A stretch of DNA of 64,000 nt from Octopus vulgaris. Its lineage: Eukaryota. Below the pieces are notes generated by a model, which searched no databases, had not been told where the DNA came from, and saw only the letters and a program-made list of their open reading frames with translations. The position numbers and the translations under genes were made by a program. Of the stretch, positions 12,900 to 27,525 are shown in pieces (the first letter of the stretch is position 1; each line of letters begins with the position of its first letter). The stretch is from positions 1,674,001-1,738,000 of the forward strand of contig OX597833.1 of assembly GCA_951406725.2 (NCBI GenBank). The letters run 5' to 3'.

Positions 12900-13567
12900 C
12901 ATGCCCCCAACATTTAATATTCCTTCTAAGCTGTGCAAACAGAAGCGTTTAAGTTCTGAACGTCACTAGCGATAATTGAGCGAGGGACATCACGTGATCG
13001 AATAGACTTTACTTTAATATTTGAAGCTATTATCTTTGCCTTTACCTCAACAGCAGTTGAAGCGTGGTTATGGATCCGAATCTTCGTAAGGTCTTTATAA
13101 TTTTCATCTGTTTGAAGTCTAGCCTTGCACACACAATTTTCGCACCTCCAGTATATCTTCAATCCATCTGCATTCTGCTTTTTTTTGTGTATATATAATT
13201 TTATTGATCGACCACTTTGATTTTACCTTTCTCTACAGGTAGACATTTTGGCTAGGAGTACTGAATAAATTTAATTCGATTTGCTTGAAAAGTTTTGTTT
13301 GTAAACTGTTCAGCGCAGATACACAAGAGAGAGCGCGTAATAGAGAGAGGAGGTAAAGAAAGGAATATATAATGTATAAAGCTGTACAATAACATTTTTA
13401 ATTCTAAGATGATTGTTCTAGACTTTCCCACGAAAATCACGTTTCAGAGTATTTTGGGACAAATTGGTCAGTGATGAATTGACCTGGAGATGAATTGATC
13501 AACGACGAATTGACCGGGGACAAATTAACCAGAGGCGAAAGAAGCGGGGAGGAATTGTCCAAACACC
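12900..13567 (-). mobile_element. MULE/Mutator-like DNA transposon 5' fragment with FLYWCH zinc finger
   Basis: ORF 12926-13162 KIYWRCENCVCKARLQT..IHNH is a FLYWCH signature; subterminal ~15-bp tandem repeats (gacgaattgacc..) at 13456-13560 end in ..tccaaacacc. Confidence 0.7.
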
Positions 13568-13688
13568 GTAGACATGCATGTATGCATATATATATTATAT
13601 ATAGCATTGTTAGTGCATATGGATGATTAACCGGAGTACATGATTAGATCATCAGAACAGACTTTATTGCATTAAGTTACAAAGAACT

Positions 13689-13794
<106 letters not shown>

Positions 13795-13805
13795 CACACA
13801 TATGT

Positions 13806-13951
<146 letters not shown>

Positions 13952-14077
13952 TAGAGATATAACCACTATTAAGCAATTCAAACAGTGAAAAACATAAGCC
14001 AATACATAAAATTAATTAAAAAATATAAAAGTTAAAAATTTAAAAATATTATTAAAATAATTTACACTTATAAATCT

Positions 14078-14139
<62 letters not shown>

Positions 14140-14488
14140 TATTTTGTTTATTGATTAATTAATTAATTTATTTATTTATTTTTTATCTATTAAAAGTTTA
14201 ATACAAATTCGGTGTGTGTTGCGTTCCATTACTTGATAAATGAAATTATGTATAAACAAATGACATAACTAAACTGAACGTAAAAACAAATGGAAACGAA
14301 CAGAAAGTCCAAAATTTGCGACTGGTTACCTCAAAGACCAGTCTAAGAAAGGAAGAAAACGAGAAAATGGCCGCTATCTACTCCCCTCTGCCGGCTGCTG
14401 TCACATCACTGAAGAGTATTATTGGTCGATAGCTGAAGATGAATTCGTCTATATATATTCGTATATATATATATATATATATATATAT

Positions 14489-14770
14489 AGGCACAGGTCT
14501 GGCAGTGGGATAAGAAGATCGCCTCTCAACCATATGGCTTCGGGTTGTGTCCTACAGCGTAGCACCTTGGGAAAGTGTCTTCTATTATAGCCAAAACTTT
14601 GTGAGTGGATTTTGGTAAACGGAAATTGAAAGAAGCCGTAAACTAGCGGTTCGACAGAAGAGAGCGATAGAATAATCACCAGGTTTAAAATGTCTACATA
14701 ATAATGTCAGTTTCTTCCACTAAACTTTACTAGGCCGTGCTCCAGCATGACCGCGTACAATGATTGAAAA
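14489..14770 (+). mobile_element. Degenerate, internally deleted SINE family A
   Basis: Head ggcacaggtctggcagtgggataag, gcaccttgggaaagtgtcttc, and tail gtgctccagcatgaccgc. Confidence 0.65.
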
Positions 14771-15198
14771 ATAAAAAAAATCACCAGGTTTAAAATGTCT
14801 ACATAAATGTCAAACCTTCCACTAATTTTACTAGGCCGTGTATATTTAATTTTTTAAACAAAGAAATTTTATTGCAATTTCAAATCAAATTTTAAATATG
14901 TTTTTAAAAATTTTTTACAAAATATATCTTTTATGTAATTATATTTGTATTTAATGTCTCATAAACAATATATCAAATATAACATATGTACTTTTTTACA
15001 ATGCACAGAAATAAATGCTTTTTTTTAGCTTTTATAGTTCTATATTACGTTCTTTCATCGACTGTTAACTAAAGAGGATATGAAAGCCCAACTGATGCAT
15101 CAGTGTTGACATGCCTGGAGAGGATCAAACGGTGGTAGTATATTCATAAAAATAAATACAGGTATATTTGTTAATATATATACGTACACCCTCCTTCT

Positions 15199-15258
<60 letters not shown>

Positions 15259-15315
15259 GTGTATATATATATATATATGTATATGTGTATATATATATAT
15301 ATATGTATGTATGTA

Positions 15316-15441
<126 letters not shown>

Positions 15442-15480
15442 CATACATATATATATATATACATACATACATACATACAT

Positions 15481-15556
<76 letters not shown>

Positions 15557-15563
<7 letters not shown>

Positions 15564-15809
15564 GTAAAAAACGGTAAGATAACAAAAGAAAGAAAGAGAC
15601 CTCAATATTATGTAAACAGAGGAAATTTATCTATAAAATAATATGTTACAATTACTCAATAATCAAGATTAAACTCTGAGTTTCAGATGCCGAAGTGGAA
15701 ATCCACAACACCATCTCTTCGGTTATCTGGCTATGTGGATTTCCACTTCGGCATCTGAAACTCAGAGTTTAATCTTGACTATTGAGTAATTGTAACATAT
15801 TATTTTATA
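15557..15809 (-). mobile_element. PLE-type terminal fragment with 76-bp fold-back and hammerhead-like motif
   Basis: Arms 15632-15707 and 15734-15809 (one mismatch); minus strand agataa-CCGAAGA-gatg..catc-t-GAAA-ctcagag-TT-taatct at 15666-15728; inside (TA)n. Confidence 0.6.
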
Positions 15810-16018
15810 TATATATATATATATATACATATATATATGCATATGTAATGCAAAAAATGTTATTTAACCATTCAAGGGCATATTATATACTTTAATTCAT
15901 TCACGAACTCTCCTCTACACAAACAGTTATAAATTCTTTTATCTATATAAAATTTTTCTAGAATTATATTCCTGTTTATTGCCAAACATACACCAACAAT
16001 AAGATTGGTTTTATTTAC

Positions 16019-16053
<35 letters not shown>

Positions 16054-16705
16054 TGTTTTCATTGCATAATATACAAGCAACCGAGAGTAATAATCCGCCA
16101 GACAACCCAGAGCTTTCAATATATCGATTTACGTTACGAACTTATTTCCAACAGAACTAATGGGGTTATAAGCATTGCCTTCTTATCATCACCTTTCAAA
16201 AAAAAAAAAAAAAAATTAAAAAATCTGGCAAAGAGATGTACTTGAAACATGCTACATACACAATTAAGGCATACACAGAATATTTTAGGGATCTATATTT
16301 GTATGTTGACTTTCTGCAGATCTATATGGCTGTTATAAATGGAAAATAATGTTGCCCGATCAGTCTAAAGTCTATTATTCTATGTAATCAGAGAGAACAT
16401 GTATTTACCTTCTAGTATCACATGTTGGCAAATCAGTGGTTGGTGGGATTTCTTTGCTAACAGAAATAGTGTGGTGGTTATAGTCATTGTTATTCTCGCG
16501 AGTAAGTGATACTTATCTGCAAGTCATCAACAATCTGAGCTGTCCTATGATAAAATGAGTCTCAACCGCAGAATGGAAGATTTATCAGAGAATCGCGCGA
16601 AATCTCATTCGACCTGAGTTCACATCCAGCCGAGGTCACCTTTTATTTTCGTATTTGCATCCCTCCCTCGAAAAGACAGAAATCACTTACATATATATAT
16701 ATATA

Positions 16706-16859
16706 TGAGTTCAAATTCCGCCGAGGTCGACTTTGCTATCATCCTTTCAGGGTCGATAAATAAAGTACCAGTTTCGCACTGGGTGCGATGTAATCGACTT
16801 AATCCCTTTGTCTGTCCTTGTTTGTCCCCTCTATGTTTAGTATGTATGGTGCAGTAAAG

Positions 16860-16860
<1 letters not shown>
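16706..16860 (+). mobile_element. SINE family C 3' half
   Basis: gagttcaaattccgccgaggtcgactttgctatcatcctttcagggtcgataaataaagtaccag. Confidence 0.75.
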
Positions 16861-16900
<40 letters not shown>

Positions 16901-17052
16901 CACAACACAAATTTCATAATATCTATATATATATAACACATATACTATATTTAAAAATCAATATTTATATTTATTGTACATTATTGATTTTTATAAGGTT
17001 GTTATATATATGTTTTCTATATATATAACATATACATTACAATTGTTTAATA

Positions 17053-17103
<51 letters not shown>

Positions 17104-17792
17104 TAAATCCAAATTTACAGGGAAAAATCAGATTTAGGATTGAATCCAATTATATATAAAATATTATATAATATTAATTAGAGACAAAACCACTATTTTG
17201 CAAATCAAACAAAGAAAGACTTAATCCAATACATAAAAAAAATTTAATATAAATTAAATAAAATTAAATTCAAAATAAATTCCTTTCTAGAAGGTATAGG
17301 AATATCTTTCAAAGATGAATTCCAAAATAGGTTCTATCTGGATGTAAATTTCCATAATTTACGAAATTGAATTACACTCAATATACAAAATTATCAATAT
17401 ATTAAATAATAATAATAAATATTAGGAATAAATCCAAATTTACAGGGAAAAATCAGATTTAGGATTGAATCCAATTTTATAGTAAAATATTATATAATAT
17501 TAATTAGAGACAAACCACTATTTTGCAAAACAAACAAGGAAAGACTTAATCAATACATAAAAAATTTAATATAAATTAAATTAAAATAAATTCCTTTCTA
17601 TGTATGTATGTATGTATGTATGTACTGTATGTATTTATTTATTTATGTTTTCATTGCATAATATACAAGCAACCGAGAGCTTTAATTTTCTGTGTCCGAA
17701 TCTAAGTCTCCTTACCTGTACTGTTCAATAAATATAGTCCTCTATTCCCAAGAATATTGAGGTCTATCTCGTTTCTTATCCCACATCATTTG

Positions 17793-17850
<58 letters not shown>

Positions 17851-18502
17851 ATTATATACACAGGACCATTTTATAGTTCGTGGTGGCGTCAGACCGTGCC
17901 CACACTTCATCCTTTATACGCCGCAGTTATAAAGTCTATAGAAAATATTTGTTTATGTTGACTTTAAGAACAGTCTAGAGAGACAAAAGTTTCCTAAAAT
18001 GATAATAACGTACTGTGAGGCATAGTTCGCTTACAATCCGTTCATTCACCGTATATCCAAGACTGCATTATTAAAAGTTTACAGACTGGTGAACGGAGGG
18101 AGGCATGGGTGCTTTTTCTAGGAAATCTTGCGACCACTAAGCATGGATATTGCTAAGGTTTACCTTCAGTCGAGACCCAGACTGTTAGATTTAACAGCAT
18201 GCCTATTCCGCCCGTGGCCATCCTAATATTTTTTTAAGTACCCAGAAGCGCAAATGGAAGATTTATCAGAGAATCGCGCGAAATCTCATTCGACCTGAGT
18301 TCACACACCGTGGCCATCCTAATTTTTTTCTATGTGCCCAGAAGCATATTATGTAGTATGTCCATATATATATGAGTTCAAATTCCGCCGAGGTCGACTT
18401 TGCCTATCAGGAGATCCATTGACCACGTTCAGTCAATCCCAGTACAATGGTGGTGTTGATGGTGGTGATGTTTAGCATGTTGCCATAGTAACAACGAAAG
18501 TA

Positions 18503-18543
<41 letters not shown>

Positions 18544-19222
18544 GGGAAAACGTACAGGGGAAAATTCAATTTAACAATTTTAAATCAAATTTCATAGTAG
18601 TAGTATATCTCCATAGTAGTACAACATATAGTAGAAGTAAACCTTATTTTAAAAATCAATATTTACTATTTATTGTACCTATTGATTTTTAGGTTAGTTG
18701 TTAGTAGTATATGTTTTCTATAGTGTAAATAGTAGTTATTGAATTGTTTAATAGTGATTTTCTCTAAATTATAGTATATAGTATATATATATATATATAT
18801 AGTATATAGTAAATATTAGTGGTAAATCCAAATTTACAGGGAAAAATCAGATTTAGGATTGAATCCAATTTTATAGTAAAATATTATATAATATTAATTA
18901 GAGACCTACTTGTGCCTTGCAAATCTCAAAGAAAGACTTTCAATACATAAAAAACATTTATATAAATTAAATAAAATTAAATTGCACGCCGTAATGCGTA
19001 ATTGCCTGTTGTATGTATGTATGTATGTATGTATGTATGTATGTATGTATGTATATGTGTGTATTGAGTGATACAGGTATGGCGACTTACATTCTGGACT
19101 TTAATTTTCTGTGTCCGAATCTAAGTCTCCTTACCTGTATTGTTCAATAAATATAGTCCTCTATTCCCAAGAATATTGAGGTCTATCTCGTTTCTTATCC
19201 CACATCATTTGTCCACGCACGC

Positions 19223-19282
<60 letters not shown>

Positions 19283-19660
19283 AAATACACACACACACAC
19301 ACACACATATAAATATAATTATATACACAGGAGCATTTTATCGTTCGCTCGATTCAATGAAGAAGCGGCACTCCACTCACACTGCATTGCGTATCCTTAA
19401 TGTAATCGTTTCACCGGTGCATTCCATTTAACGGGATTCCACATAGTTTCCGATTACTCGGTATCGATCCCAAACCTTGGGTCAACTCGAGACTATGAGA
19501 GACAAAAGTTTCCTAAAATGATAATAACGTACTGTGAGGCATAGTTCGCTTACAATCCGTTCATTCATCGTATATCTAAGACTGCATTATTAAAAGTTTA
19601 CAGACTGGTGAACGGAGGGAGGCTTGGGTGCATTTTCTAGCAAATCTTGCGATCACTAAG

Positions 19661-19870
19661 CATGGATATTGCTGCGGTTTACCTTCAGTCGAGACCCAGA
19701 CTGATAGATTTAACAGCAAGCCTATTCCGCCCGAGGCCATCCTAATATTTTTTCTAAGTACCCAGAAGCGCAATATACATGGATATTGTTGAGGATTATC
19801 TTCAAGCCAGACCCTGACTGATAGATCTAACATCAAGCTTATTCCACCCGTGGCCATCCTAATTTTTTTC
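19661..19870. repeat. Two-unit diverged tandem repeat (~117-bp period)
   Basis: catggatattg..ttcaRYcRagaccc.gactgatagatYtaaca.caagcYtattcc.cccg.ggccatcctaat occurs twice. Confidence 0.8.
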
Positions 19871-20204
19871 TATGTGCCCAGAAGCATATTATGCAGTATG
19901 TCCATTTTTAAAACGTCAAAATGTGTTACGGGGCGGGATTAGATTCGGGTGAAATTTAGCTTCTATTTTAGGAGATCCATTGACCACGTTCAGTCAATCC
20001 CAGTACAATGGTGGTGTTGCTGGTGGTGATGCTTGCAGTAATGGTTGATTGTGGTTGTAGTTTGATGTCGATTGTCAAGCATGTTGCCATAGTAACAACG
20101 AAAGTAGTATTTGAGGATGCTTGCTGCAAGAATTTGAAAAGGTCTCTCACATTGTTGGTTTTGATTCTGTCAGCGGCAATAATTGAAACAGCAGTGGCAA
20201 TAGC

Positions 20205-20234
20205 AATAGTAGTAGTAGTTGTTGTTGTAGTAGT

Positions 20235-20292
<58 letters not shown>

Positions 20293-20445
20293 AAAGTAGT
20301 AGTAGAAGTAATAGTAGTAGTATTGTAGTAGTATTATAGTAGTAGTAGTAGTAGTAGTGGTAGTGGTGATGGTGGTAGTAGTAGTAGAAGTAGTAGTAGT
20401 GGTGGTAATAGTAGTAGTAGTATTGTAGTAGTAGTAGTAGTTTTT
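20205..20445. repeat. (GTA)n/(GAA)n trinucleotide array
   Basis: Directly visible. Confidence 0.95.
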
Positions 20446-20949
20446 GTTATTATTCCTCTTGTGCCTCTGTCTCAATAATTGCATTCAACATAAAATGTGG
20501 AGTAGTTGTGGATTTCTTTTATCAATTGAATTGCACGCCGTACGCATGCGTACATCTGCACAATGTGAATGTATGTATGTATGTATGTATGTATGTATGT
20601 ATTTATGTATGTATATGTGTGTGAGTGTGTGTTTCTGTGTATGGTGTGTAAACAGTCTTGTGTTTGTGTTAGTGTATGTGTGAATTATGAACGGTTGTGT
20701 GTGTGTTCGCAATTTTCGGGGACACAAGTTGTGTATGGTGCAACAGAATGACATATCGATGTATATATGTAATCATTGCTATGCGAGTGATTGGGTGTGT
20801 ATGTGCGCATCTGGTTAGCTTACTACATAATTTTGATGTCGATCACACACACAGAAGAAATTACTTTTTTTAATAATCTGGGATCATTGAAATGCCTACA
20901 TACTATTACGATGCAAAGACGCGAATCAGTCAAGAATTAAGAATCTAAT

Positions 20950-21030
20950 ATTGATTTTGATTTTGATTTTGATTTTTGATTTTTCCAGTTTCAGCTTATG
21001 AGCTGTGGCCATGCTGGGGCACCGCCATTT
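20950..21030 (-). mobile_element. Very short retroposon 3' end with (aaaatc)n tail (second copy 5021-5096)
   Basis: Minus strand atggcggtgccccagcatggccacagctcataagctgaaactggaaaaatc.. resembles the SINE family A tail. Confidence 0.65.
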
Positions 21031-21293
21031 AAAGAAATAACTCGACCACGACGAGTTATTTGAATCCTAAATCTAGTTAGGAATTTTAACGGCAATTTTC
21101 ATAGAATTCTAAAATAAATCTAACATTGTTATTAACAAGAATAACAAATGAAATAAATATTTCATATTCTCAAATTATATTTGTGACATTTATGCAATTG
21201 AATATAGAACGAATAACCAACTTTTAAATAAAAAAAAATTTAATCAGACTCTGTGAAAGTACGAAAATCGTCGTAGAGGGGACAAGAAATATA

Positions 21294-22545
21294 TTGGGTC
21301 ATCCCTTAAGTAATGCGGTTTTTGCATGGACTAAAAGTCGGAGGGTCACGGCAGGAACTATCTGCATCAACTTGCTATAAAAGCAGGTAGTAATTTTACT
21401 TTGTACTTATTCTTAGTGCAAGTTTTGAAGAGTGCAGTTCGATTTTAGAAGTCATTTTTCCAAAGCTATAGAGGAAGTGACAAAGGAGCATATTCGGCAT
21501 ATTTTGGTTTATGAGTTCAATAGGAAACAGCGCAACGGAAAGTGCGAGGAATATTAATGCAGTATATTGGGATCGGACAATAAGCGTGAGCCAGTGTCAA
21601 CGGTGGTTCCAGAAATTCCGAGCTGGAAACTACAGGCTAGAAGATGTGCCTCGTTCTGGAAGATCCGTAAAATTCGACGAGGATGTGCAGCAAACTCTGG
21701 TGGAACAAAATCACATCGTAGCTAGCAGAGAAACTTGGATTTGGTCATTCGACCGTTCATCGATACCTGCGTGTCATCGGAAATGTCAGCATATTGGATA
21801 ACTAGGTTCCTCAGGAACTTTCCGAGTCTAATCGAGCGCTGAGAGTGAATGAGTGCTCTTTTTACCGTCACGTCTCACGAATTACCCTTTTGGGGGCAGA
21901 ATATTGAGTCGTCACGAGAAATGCGTTCCCTATAAAAACGTCAAGCGCCGAAGACAATGGTTAGGGAAAGGAGAAACCACGGTCCCCCAGGATAAAGAAG
22001 GTTTCACCCACGTAAATTGTAGCTAACTGTTTAGTGGAACATGAAAGGTTTAGTCCACTTTGAACTGTTAAATCCATACCAAATGATAACAAAGGAGATC
22101 TACTGCGAGCAGCTTGAGCGGCTTAAGTCAGCAGTAGAAGAAAAACGACCATCTTTTGTTGCAAGACAAAAGGTGCTCTTCCGTCTGCCACATTGGTCTG
22201 CCACATAGTGAGGATGACACTGTACAGGCTGGAGCAGTTTGAGTGGGAAACAATGCCCTACCAACTATATTCTCCGGCCATTGCCCCATCTGATTATTAT
22301 TTATTCTGCAGTCATTTAGACGGAAAAAATATGAATTCTGTAGACGAGGTCAGAACAGTATTGGAGGAGTATTTTTCATCATGGACAAGTGAATTTTGGA
22401 AGAGGGACCTTGCAGGTCTACAAAATACATGGAAGAGCCTTGAAGAAAATGAAGTTGAGAATATTTTAGATTAAAAACTTAGTTTATCTTAATTTTGAAA
22501 AATAAAAGAAGTATAAAATACTGCATTATTCATGAGATGAGCCAA
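21294..22545 (+). mobile_element. Full-length decayed mariner transposon (~1.25 kb)
   Basis: TA TSD at both ends; TIRs ttgggtcatcccttaagtaatgcgg / ctgcattattcatgagatgagccaa; remnants CQRWFQKFRAGNYRLEDVPRSGR (HTH), *VPQEL (WVPHEL) and YSPAIAPSDYYLF (YSPDLAPSD). Confidence 0.93.
21467..22474 (+). pseudogene. Mariner transposase pseudogene
   Basis: ORF pieces 21511-21801 and 22193-22474 carry mariner motifs; several stops and frameshifts lie between them. Confidence 0.9.
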
Positions 22546-22866
22546 TATATATTGAAGTATTAAAGAGAGGTTAAAATTTTGAAATAGACACGAAAACACA
22601 AGACGTAATTCAAACCAAAGTGCCGTAATATCTTTACCCGCGTTCCTAAATATTTGCATTATTAGCTCTATAAAAATGAGATGGAATTGATTAGTGTTAG
22701 GAAGAAAAGCTTAATTAGTATGTTAATAATATTACTTGTCAAATTAGGAATTCAATTAACTGTTGTTAATGGAATCGCATTAGCATATTCATAAATAAAG
22801 ATGCAAAGATTTCCAATTCAATCTCATAAACATTATCCCTCTATTGCAAATAGAATACTATTCTAG

Positions 22867-23221
22867 TAGTGGAGGAGCAATGGCCCGGTGGTTAGGGAAG
22901 CGGACTCGCGGTCGAACGATCGCGGTTTATGAGTGTTTATTGAGAAAAACTACAAAAGTTGCACGAGGCACTAGCAGGGGGTAGGTGGAGAATCCTGCTG
23001 TATTCTTTCTCTATTTCTTCCTGTTTCTATTGTACCAGTATTTCAAAGGGGCCAGCTTTGTCACATTCTGTGTCACACTGGATCGCCCCCCGAGAACTAC
23101 GATAAGGGTACACGTGTGTGTGGAGTATTCAACCACTTGGACGTTAATTTCACGAGCAAGCTGTTCCGTTGATCGGATCAACTGGAACCCTCGTCGTCGT
23201 AACCGACGGAATACCACGACA
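22867..23221 (+). mobile_element. SINE family B
   Basis: Head ggaggagcaatggcccggtggttaggg; 10-bp TSD actattctag at 22857-22866 and 23222-23231. Confidence 0.85.
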
Positions 23222-24518
23222 ACTATTCTAGAATGAAAAAAGTGATACCGATAAAGTTATAATTATAAACGCTATGGAAACTCGAAGCTGACATCCAATA
23301 AAGAAATCTTCGAAAATGTGGTACTTTACTACTTAATGTAAGTAATAAAAAGTCAGCAAGTTCTAATACCATGGTTTTATCTAATTTGTACCCTTAAAGT
23401 GTAATGTTTAAGATTGCTCTAATCTTAATATTAATAAACATTTTCCTATGAATCACCGATGCGGAAAATTATTTCAAATTATTTCAAGCTGGATAACTGC
23501 TGTAATACAAATTTGAAAAATTCCGTCAAGCAAACAAACTAAATTAGTAGAGGTTATAAGCATATTAGGCATTACATGTGGTGCATCTTTTATTGGTCAT
23601 TCAAAAAGGAAGCGATTATCTCTTAAGCAGGGGACACATCCACAACCCCAAACGTAAATATCGTGAGCAAACACCACTTGCCATGGACACGAAAAACATA
23701 CACTGAAGTCATGCATCTTATAGAAATATATGAAACATGAATACCACCAAAATATATATTTGGCTGTATTAATCTCATACTACAGAATGCACCAGCAACT
23801 GGGAAGCACTGGGGTAATGCAAGCTTTAGGCAGGAGCACCTACGGTTGTATGCTGTGTATAGCTGAAAAAGGCATCGCACAGGATAACCTTAATGGAAAT
23901 AAACGCTATCAAAATATCAAAACAGACATCCTCACCACAAATAACCACTTCAATAAGTGTCTAGTGAAACAGTAGAACATTACCCAATCAGTTGATTGAA
24001 TGTGCTAAAACAGAACTGTTTACAATGAAAAGTTACATTTCAATTCTTCTTCTCAGATTTTTATCCATTATCGATTCGGAGTCTGTAATATTTACATAGC
24101 AATTACGTGCTGATATTTTGCTCGCCAAATCCCTTTACACACATTGTCTCACTGATCTTTTCAACACACAAAAATTAGATATTTACCACTATGTACAAGG
24201 ACAGTATATAAATCGATTCAGACCTTAGCCAAACATATAAGTCATCAAACAATTGTTTCTTTTATTAACAGACGTCATAGAAACACGAACCCTTTAAAAG
24301 TATATGTAAATGAATTTTGTCCCTTGCCATATTTTCATGCAAAAACTAGCGAAGAAAACTTCAGCATTTCTAAATGTCAATTATGTCGGATTACGTGGCT
24401 GAGTTTTGTTTACATTAACGATACTTCATCAGAATCTGAATATAAAATATTTAGAGCGCATTATCATAAACTAAACATGTAATTCATTATACATACATCT
24501 CTCTCTCTCTCTCTCTCT

Positions 24519-24560
<42 letters not shown>

Positions 24561-24882
24561 ACTGAACACTACTTGGTTAAATTAATTAATAATTAATTTG
24601 TTTTACCCTTTTATTATTGACAATATATATATATATACATATATATATTATTCAAAGGAATTCCAACTCTGTCTGTTTTTTATGTTTTATTTATATTCTT
24701 TATAATATTATTGTAGAATATAGAATATATAGTATAAATAATATATATATAGTAAAATGAAATGAAGTATTGATTGTCCTATTGAATAGATGAAATATTG
24801 AATATAAAATATTAAGGGACTAGTATACTTTCTTGCATTGAAGCAGTCTTCAAGGTCCCAGGTTGTGACAGGAGTGTTTCAA

Positions 24883-24957
<75 letters not shown>

Positions 24958-24959
24958 AT

Positions 24960-25031
<72 letters not shown>

Positions 25032-25039
25032 GCATAAAT

Positions 25040-25205
25040 AGGCGCAGGATTGGTTGTGTGGAAAGTAGCTTGCTTACCAACCACAGGGTTCCGGGTTCAG
25101 TCCCATTATGTGGCACGTTGGGCAAGTGTCTTCCACTATAGCGTCGGACCGACCAATGCCTTGTGAGTGAATTTGGTGAACGGAAAGTGAAAGAAGCCCG
25201 TCGTA
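25040..25205 (+). mobile_element. SINE family A 5' half
   Basis: ggcgcaggattggttgtgtgg..ggttcagtcccattatgtggcacgttgggcaagtgtc..gaaagaagcccgtcg. Confidence 0.85.
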
Positions 25206-25562
25206 TATATATGTATACGTGGTTCCTCCCCTCCGACTAATGCGATCCCCTTCAAATTTGTCGATATATATATATATATATATATATGCGTGCGTGTACT
25301 TGTGCGTGGATATATATTAAGAGAGAGAGAGAGAGAGAGAAAAAGAGAGAAATATGCATATTCATAAATAGATATATATACATACATAGAGAGATGGTGT
25401 ATAGTATGTTATACTGGATATGTTATATATTGTATATTATTTTATGTTACGTATATATGTAAACACACACACAACCACATACATACACACACACAGATAT
25501 ATATACATGTTCGTACACACACACAGCTATATAGATATATATATATATATATATATATATGC

Positions 25563-25595
<33 letters not shown>

Positions 25596-26003
25596 TGTAT
25601 ATGATTGTAATTACATACATACACATTTACACACGCACAAACACAATCTCAGACACAAATATGCGTGTGTGTGTGTGTGTGTGTTTGTGTGTTTGTGTGA
25701 ATATCTTTCAATTTGAATGAGTGTGAGTGACAACATTGGAAAGTGGATTTGTTGTCAGGGACATAAGCGATCCAGTCAATCGTTGCACATTAAACCAGTA
25801 GCTACAGCAAACACGCCATTGTTTGTCCATCTAATTGCTACTTAATAGATTTCATGTATTCTCGAGCTGACATTAGCGAGCTCCTTTGTTGAGTAATAAT
25901 ACATTACGTTAGCCTGAAAACTGCTAGACACATCCACATCCACCCATATCATACACACACACACACACACACACACACATACCAAGTGAATGCATCTGTA
26001 AGT

Positions 26004-26052
<49 letters not shown>

Positions 26053-26186
26053 TATATATATATGTATGTATACACACACACTTATATTTTTATACACATT
26101 TATATATACACACACACACACACATATATATATATGTATATATAATATATATCACCATATTTAAAAAATAATTATATAAACGTAAA

Positions 26187-26247
<61 letters not shown>

Positions 26248-26352
26248 ATATATACGTCACCATTTATTTTAAATAATTATATTTACGTAAATGCATATAT
26301 ATATATATATATATATACACATACATACATACACACACATATATATATATAC

Positions 26353-26388
<36 letters not shown>

Positions 26389-26406
26389 TGATATATAAAT
26401 ACATAC

Positions 26407-26479
<73 letters not shown>

Positions 26480-26659
26480 TATATATATATATGTAAGTAT
26501 GAACGCATGTATGGCTTCACTTATGAACACGTGCCTGCATGCTTGCATGCACATGAAACTTTTATTAATATTATTACATGACTGTAGAAACATTCAGCGG
26601 AGTTACTAGATTGGTCTGTATATGAAAATATATTCCGTATGTACTTGCGTCCATAAGCA

Positions 26660-26693
<34 letters not shown>

Positions 26694-26891
26694 GTAATAT
26701 AATAATATCTATAATTATATATATATATATATATATATGCACATATATTTGCAATATAATATATGTATAATTATATATATATATATACTATATATATATA
26801 TATATATACACATACATATATATATTACGTATATATACATATATATATGTATATATATACATATATATGTATATACATATATATATATATG

Positions 26892-26953
<62 letters not shown>

Positions 26954-27361
26954 TAATGATATGTTTAGTCATTTTGCAAAAATAATAATGGGGTCACAAC
27001 CTCCAATTATTCTGTTATTCAATTGAAGGGACAGGAATCTTCTTGTTACCGTCGTCTTTGCTTTCTTCCAACTTTCGTTCATTTTGTCACGTTCTCTCCC
27101 CGATAAGTAATATTCTACAAGAATAGAAGAAATTATAGAATATGTAAAGATATCGCTATTGTTATGCCTCTGGATCTTACATTTTTATAATACATTATGA
27201 CGAAAATACTAATTGGTACCGTTCATAAATCTATAGTTTTCTGCTAAAAAGTAAGTAATCTGATTGAATCACGCTGCTTTTATGTGTTGTATTGGAATTA
27301 TTCTTGGATTGGTAATATTTATAGTTTAGGAAAAGATATGGAAGTATAAAAGTATTGAACA

Positions 27362-27525
27362 TAGGCGTAGGAATGGCTGTGTGGTAAGAAGCTTGCCTCC
27401 TAACCACATCGTTCCGGATTCATATCACTGCGTGGCACCTTGGGCAAGTGTCTTGTATTGTAGCCTCGGGCTGACCGAATCCGTGTGAGTGGATTTGGCA
27501 GATGAAATCTGAAAGAAGCCTGTTA
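27362..27525 (+). mobile_element. SINE family A 5' half
   Basis: taggcgtaggaatggctgtgtggtaag..gcaccttgggcaagtgtc. Confidence 0.8.

Noticed and set aside
13456-13560. Regularly spaced short repeats resembling a CRISPR array
   Set aside because: Period is ~15 bp with no unique spacers, in a eukaryotic context; typical subterminal repeats of a Mutator-like transposon.
14404-14442. Possible hammerhead catca-CTGAAGA..ggtcGATAgc..gatg
   Set aside because: No stem II pairing and no GAAA or UH; too decayed to support.
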